This document shows positions 24,494 through 28,172 of a DNA stretch of 28,172 nucleotides, one piece after another. The stretch lies in the IMG/VR virus record IMGVR_UViG_3300044624_001154, positions 1-28,172 of that record; one strand, given 5' to 3'. Below the pieces are notes generated by a model. It was not told where the DNA came from, made no database searches, and saw nothing but the letters and a program-made list of their open reading frames with translations. This stretch comes from a virus. Lineage: Duplodnaviria > Caudoviricetes. Positions within the stretch are counted from its first letter, which is position 1; each line of letters opens with the position of its first letter. The translations under genes were made by a program, and so were the position numbers.

Positions 24494-26782
24494 TTACTTG
24501 GTTGTGCCTGGAAGGTTACGCATAGCGTTCTTCCTGTTTTCCTTTATCTTCCGGTACGCCTCTGGCCGAGCTTTCTCTCGTTGCGCCAGAACTTTGGTAG
24601 CCACTACGTTGGCAATCTCGGGGACAGCCATACGCACTTCGACAGGGCGGTTGTTCTTGTCAACGCTAGTCAGTACCAGATAGTCTCCGTAGTCCACGAT
24701 TAGCGGATCACGTTCCGAACCTACAGACTTCGCACGGTCTGCGATGAAGTCGGCAAGGTACTGGTCAAACTCCGTCCCTTCGGGGATGGTAACGTCTTTG
24801 CGCACACCTTGCACACGGCTGCGGAACGTCCCCTCGTTAGGGTTATTCGCCATCCAAGCGTACCCACCATAGACTTGTAGCCCCGAAGCCCGCGCGCTAG
24901 CCAACGCCAAGTCGCCTAGCTCTACCATGTTCACCGTGGCTGTGTGGGCTGCGGCAAAGGGTTCCAGCACGCGCTGCAAGTGTTCTTTCTGACTCGGGCG
25001 CAGGTCGTACTGCGCCGGGTTCCAGAAAGTCAGGTTGCTGATAGCAGCACCCAACCACGCGCTGGTTTCTTCCTTAGAGAAGGAGCGAGGTTTGGCCTTG
25101 GAGTTAACACCGAATGACGAATCGAAAGCGGCGGTAACACCCTTGCTGCCAGCCATACCGTCAGGAGCCAGCATTGAGTACCGCTTGAATCGGTCATGCA
25201 AGTCCCCGTAAACTTTGGCTGCGGCCACAGGACTACGAGAATTGATCCCGCGCCATTGCGCATACGCAACGTCAAAGGCCGGTGTCGGCTTGCCCTCAAC
25301 AACACTGGCGTTGGCAACACGCACCAAAGATTCCCGAAGGCTCGGAGCAATCGTTTGATCGGACGTTCCGATATTTGCAATCATGTCAAAGCCGCGGACT
25401 GCCTCCTTAGAGGTTGGGTCAGCCAACACGCCTTTGGCTATTTCTAGCTGGAGCATGTCAACGTCATCCGAAGCGACGCCTTTGATCTGACTGGCCGCAA
25501 GCCGCGCCTTGTTCAGATTACCGGTAACAAGCAACTCCGAGATACCTGCCAACGCTACTTGGCGGGCAGCGGCCTCGTCAAGCCCGTCTGTCCGTGCTTT
25601 CGTGGTTCTGGCCAGCACATCGGCATTGTGCGCCTTAACGGCGTCGATGGCCTGTTGGGTGCGCTCCCCGTAAGACGCCACCAGTTCCGGCGGGATCAGA
25701 TCGCCCTTAACACCGAACCGCAGTTTGTAGCTGGTGTTGATGGCTTCTGCTTTGGCGATAGTTTCCTCTACGCCCCAGCCTTCCTGCGGGCGCTCGGCAT
25801 CGTTCTTCAACGAGTACAGCGCACCAATGTAGTCCTTACCCAGACGCACTCGATGCTGCGCTTCGTTGGCTTCCCGTACTCGGGTGTACTCCGCTTGTTG
25901 GGCGGCCGTTAGGTTCTGGACAATGCCCAGCTTCTCGAAGCTGTTGAGCGCGTGGAACTGCCCGCTTTCTGCCAAGAACTTGAAGTCTTGCAGGCGCTGG
26001 GTTTGCCAGCTTTCTAGCGGTTGTCCTTGGGCGCCTGTAGCAATGTCGGCAACTTCTGCCTCGACGGTGAGGTAGTCTTCTGTGGCCATAGTGCCACGTT
26101 GCCAGGACTCTGCTGCGGTTTGCACACGGGCAGCAGCAGATAGCACGGCTTCGGACTGCGCAGCGGCAGCGGTTTGTTGCATGAAAGCATACTGCTCCTT
26201 AACACGGGTCTTCTCGAACATCGGAAGAGAGCGCATGAACGACGATGCGATGGCTGCATCCGTAGCGGTGTGCCCGGTCATGGATGCTTGCAGGCGCTCC
26301 GAGTAGAACTTGTTAGCGTCTTCGACAGACAGCTGGCGGAGGTTGGGCATCTCACGTTCAAAGCCTGCGAACAGGTTTTGCACGTTAGCCTCTTGCTTGT
26401 ATGCCCGAGCGCCGGCCACAACATCAGCTTCCCCGAAGATGCGGGAGTACCAAGGCTGGTCGGCAGCAATGTCTTCCACTGCTTCGCCAGCCATAGCGCG
26501 CTGCACGCCGGTCAGGAAGTTGCGGGTTTGGGCATCCTTGCTGTACGCTTCGCCGGTGCGGGCCAGCGTCTTAGCAATGAACTGTGCCGTGGGGCTGCCC
26601 GTTTCCGAGGGCATGAACTGCGCTGGGCGCACGGCAGGACCAAAGCCACCGAGAACCTGAGCGCGGCTGCGCCCAGGGTCACCGGCCCCGCCAATAGACG
26701 GCGCTGCGTCTACCTGCGGGACGAAGGTAGGCGTCTGCCCCAAGCCTTCAGTTGGGGCGCCGAGAGTGTTGTCTTGCTCCAT
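24494..26782 (-). CDS. Internal virion protein (T7 gp15-like position)
   Basis: 762 aa, helical; called from synteny. Confidence 0.8.
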   Translation of the reverse strand: MEQDNTLGAPTEGLGQTPTFVPQVDAAPSIGGAGDPGRSRAQVLGGFGPAVRPAQFMPSETGSPTAQFIAKTLARTGEAYSKDAQTRNFLTGVQRAMAGEAVEDIAADQPWYSRIFGEADVVAGARAYKQEANVQNLFAGFEREMPNLRQLSVEDANKFYSERLQASMTGHTATDAAIASSFMRSLPMFEKTRVKEQYAFMQQTAAAAQSEAVLSAAARVQTAAESWQRGTMATEDYLTVEAEVADIATGAQGQPLESWQTQRLQDFKFLAESGQFHALNSFEKLGIVQNLTAAQQAEYTRVREANEAQHRVRLGKDYIGALYSLKNDAERPQEGWGVEETIAKAEAINTSYKLRFGVKGDLIPPELVASYGERTQQAIDAVKAHNADVLARTTKARTDGLDEAAARQVALAGISELLVTGNLNKARLAASQIKGVASDDVDMLQLEIAKGVLADPTSKEAVRGFDMIANIGTSDQTIAPSLRESLVRVANASVVEGKPTPAFDVAYAQWRGINSRSPVAAAKVYGDLHDRFKRYSMLAPDGMAGSKGVTAAFDSSFGVNSKAKPRSFSKEETSAWLGAAISNLTFWNPAQYDLRPSQKEHLQRVLEPFAAAHTATVNMVELGDLALASARASGLQVYGGYAWMANNPNEGTFRSRVQGVRKDVTIPEGTEFDQYLADFIADRAKSVGSERDPLIVDYGDYLVLTSVDKNNRPVEVRMAVPEIANVVATKVLAQREKARPEAYRKIKENRKNAMRNLPGTTK

Positions 26783-27660
26783 CAGAGCCCTCCGAAGTTA
26801 GAGTCAACGTTGAGATTGAACTTCACCTTACCACCATAGTCGATGGCGTAGGGATTGCTTTGCTCAGTAGCCACGATACCAAAGGTGTCGCTGCCGCCGC
26901 TGCCAAGCTGCGTGTCACGGCTAAAGCCGTAGTCGGTAGGCTCCGTGTAGCTAGACGCACGTTGCCGCACTCGCAAGTCAGCGTAGTCCTGCTGAGTAAC
27001 TTTGTACTGCTGCGGGGAGCCAGCGTTCTGTCCGTCGAACAAGTTAGCACCTTGGCCCATACCTTTTGCGAAGCCTCGCAGGGCGTTCTGGAAGTTGCTG
27101 TACTCTTGACGCACCAGGGCAACATCCTCGTTGTAGTCCATGTTGTCCAGAATAACGCTGCCATCAAGGGAGCGAGTCATCTGTGATGCAATGGTCTGGG
27201 CACGCAGGGCGATGCCATACGAAACATCAACCTTCTGCTGTGCTACGCCTTCCGCTACGATAGCGGCGCGCAATGCCGTGGCAGCGTTAACGTTGTCCAC
27301 TACCGACCCTCGCACGCCGAGGGCACCTTGTTGGGCAAACGCCCTACCGCTTTGCTCTGCGTAGGCAACTTGATCGAACAAGCCCTTACGCGACAGCTGT
27401 TCTTGGGCCTTAATACCAGCCCGCGTGTTCTCGTCTTGTGCCTTGCCAGCAGCTTGCATGCTCTCTTGGTTGTTCACCGAAAGCATGTAGCGGGCGAGGT
27501 TGCCGCGGGCGGAAGCCAGCGCATTGCTGGCCCTCCGCACACGGTTACTTGCTGAGGCGTTGGCTTGGCGGATACGGTTTTCTGCACGGGTGTTGGCCCG
27601 TACAGCGTTGCCTTCCATGTGCTCAGACGCGGCGCCGGCAATGCCGTTCCACCAAGTCAT
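26782..27660 (-). CDS. Internal virion protein (T7 gp14-like position)
   Basis: 292 aa, rich in Ala, Gln and Asn; AGGAG RBS; directly after the tail tube gene. Confidence 0.8.
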   Translation of the reverse strand: MTWWNGIAGAASEHMEGNAVRANTRAENRIRQANASASNRVRRASNALASARGNLARYMLSVNNQESMQAAGKAQDENTRAGIKAQEQLSRKGLFDQVAYAEQSGRAFAQQGALGVRGSVVDNVNAATALRAAIVAEGVAQQKVDVSYGIALRAQTIASQMTRSLDGSVILDNMDYNEDVALVRQEYSNFQNALRGFAKGMGQGANLFDGQNAGSPQQYKVTQQDYADLRVRQRASSYTEPTDYGFSRDTQLGSGGSDTFGIVATEQSNPYAIDYGGKVKFNLNVDSNFGGL

Positions 27661-27669
27661 AGGCTCTCC

Positions 27670-28172
27670 TTAGATGCGCTGTGCGCGGTTAAAGTATTGT
27701 CCGACATACTCGATGCCGGCCACGGTTAGTGGCAACCAACTAGCAGACGTTACGGACCACGTGTAGGAACGCGACTCCTTGCCAATAGGCACAGTAACCT
27801 GCTTGTCTCGCAGTACCACCGTGCCGATAGCATCGCCTTCCGTGATGCCGGTATGATCCACGATGTTGTTGTTCACTACCACCGTAAAGCGCTGCGTGTC
27901 TTCCACTGCCAGCAGATGCTTCGTCACCGTAAGGCGCCCCGTGGTGATGGCCTTGTCGTTCCTATCCCGGATGAAGGGGTTAGTAGGCGACACGCTGGCC
28001 GGGGACACAAAGCCTTGCCACAGCCCAGAGCTTCCGTACTGAGTAACCAGGGAGGTTAAGGACGCATCCCCGATATGCCCACCACGCAGCTGATAGCTTA
28101 CCGGACGGGCATAGGCAGCGTGAGCGTCCACAGCCCCGATTGCCGAACCTGCCACCGAAGTCCAGGGACGCG
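27670..28172 (-). CDS. Tail tubular protein B, C-terminal part
   Basis: Frame is open to the window edge; TTGRLTV and the C-terminus WLPLTVAGIEYVGQYFNR; expected synteny. Confidence 0.85.
   Translation of the reverse strand, partial: RPWTSVAGSAIGAVDAHAAYARPVSYQLRGGHIGDASLTSLVTQYGSSGLWQGFVSPASVSPTNPFIRDRNDKAITTGRLTVTKHLLAVEDTQRFTVVVNNNIVDHTGITEGDAIGTVVLRDKQVTVPIGKESRSYTWSVTSASWLPLTVAGIEYVGQYFNRAQRI

Overview
This window is a 28 kb piece of a lytic Autographiviridae (phiKMV-like) podophage, probably infecting a Proteobacterium. All credible genes are on the minus strand. Read from right to left, it starts with the late region: the end of tail tubular protein B, three internal virion proteins, a split tail fibre, holin, terminase small and large subunits, endolysin, an SprT-like protease, Rz/Rz1 and a three-gene accessory module. 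It then crosses what is probably the physical genome end (about 11.4-12.2 kb), which has a GC-rich low-complexity tract, five tandem sigma70 promoters and a candidate phage RNAP promoter. Early and middle genes follow: hypotheticals, a T7 gp0.7-like kinase, an HD-domain hydrolase, primase, helicase, a cluster of tiny ORFs including a stand-alone WYL domain, and a family A DNA polymerase that runs off the left edge and is missing from the ORF track. The most unusual signals are non-coding. One is a roughly 890 nt densely base-paired intergenic region upstream of the kinase that looks like a large structured RNA. The other is a roughly 570 nt structured early leader with repeated CAGGAUG motifs resembling CsrA/RsmA-binding sites. 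All calls were made by eye, without database searches or folding software.
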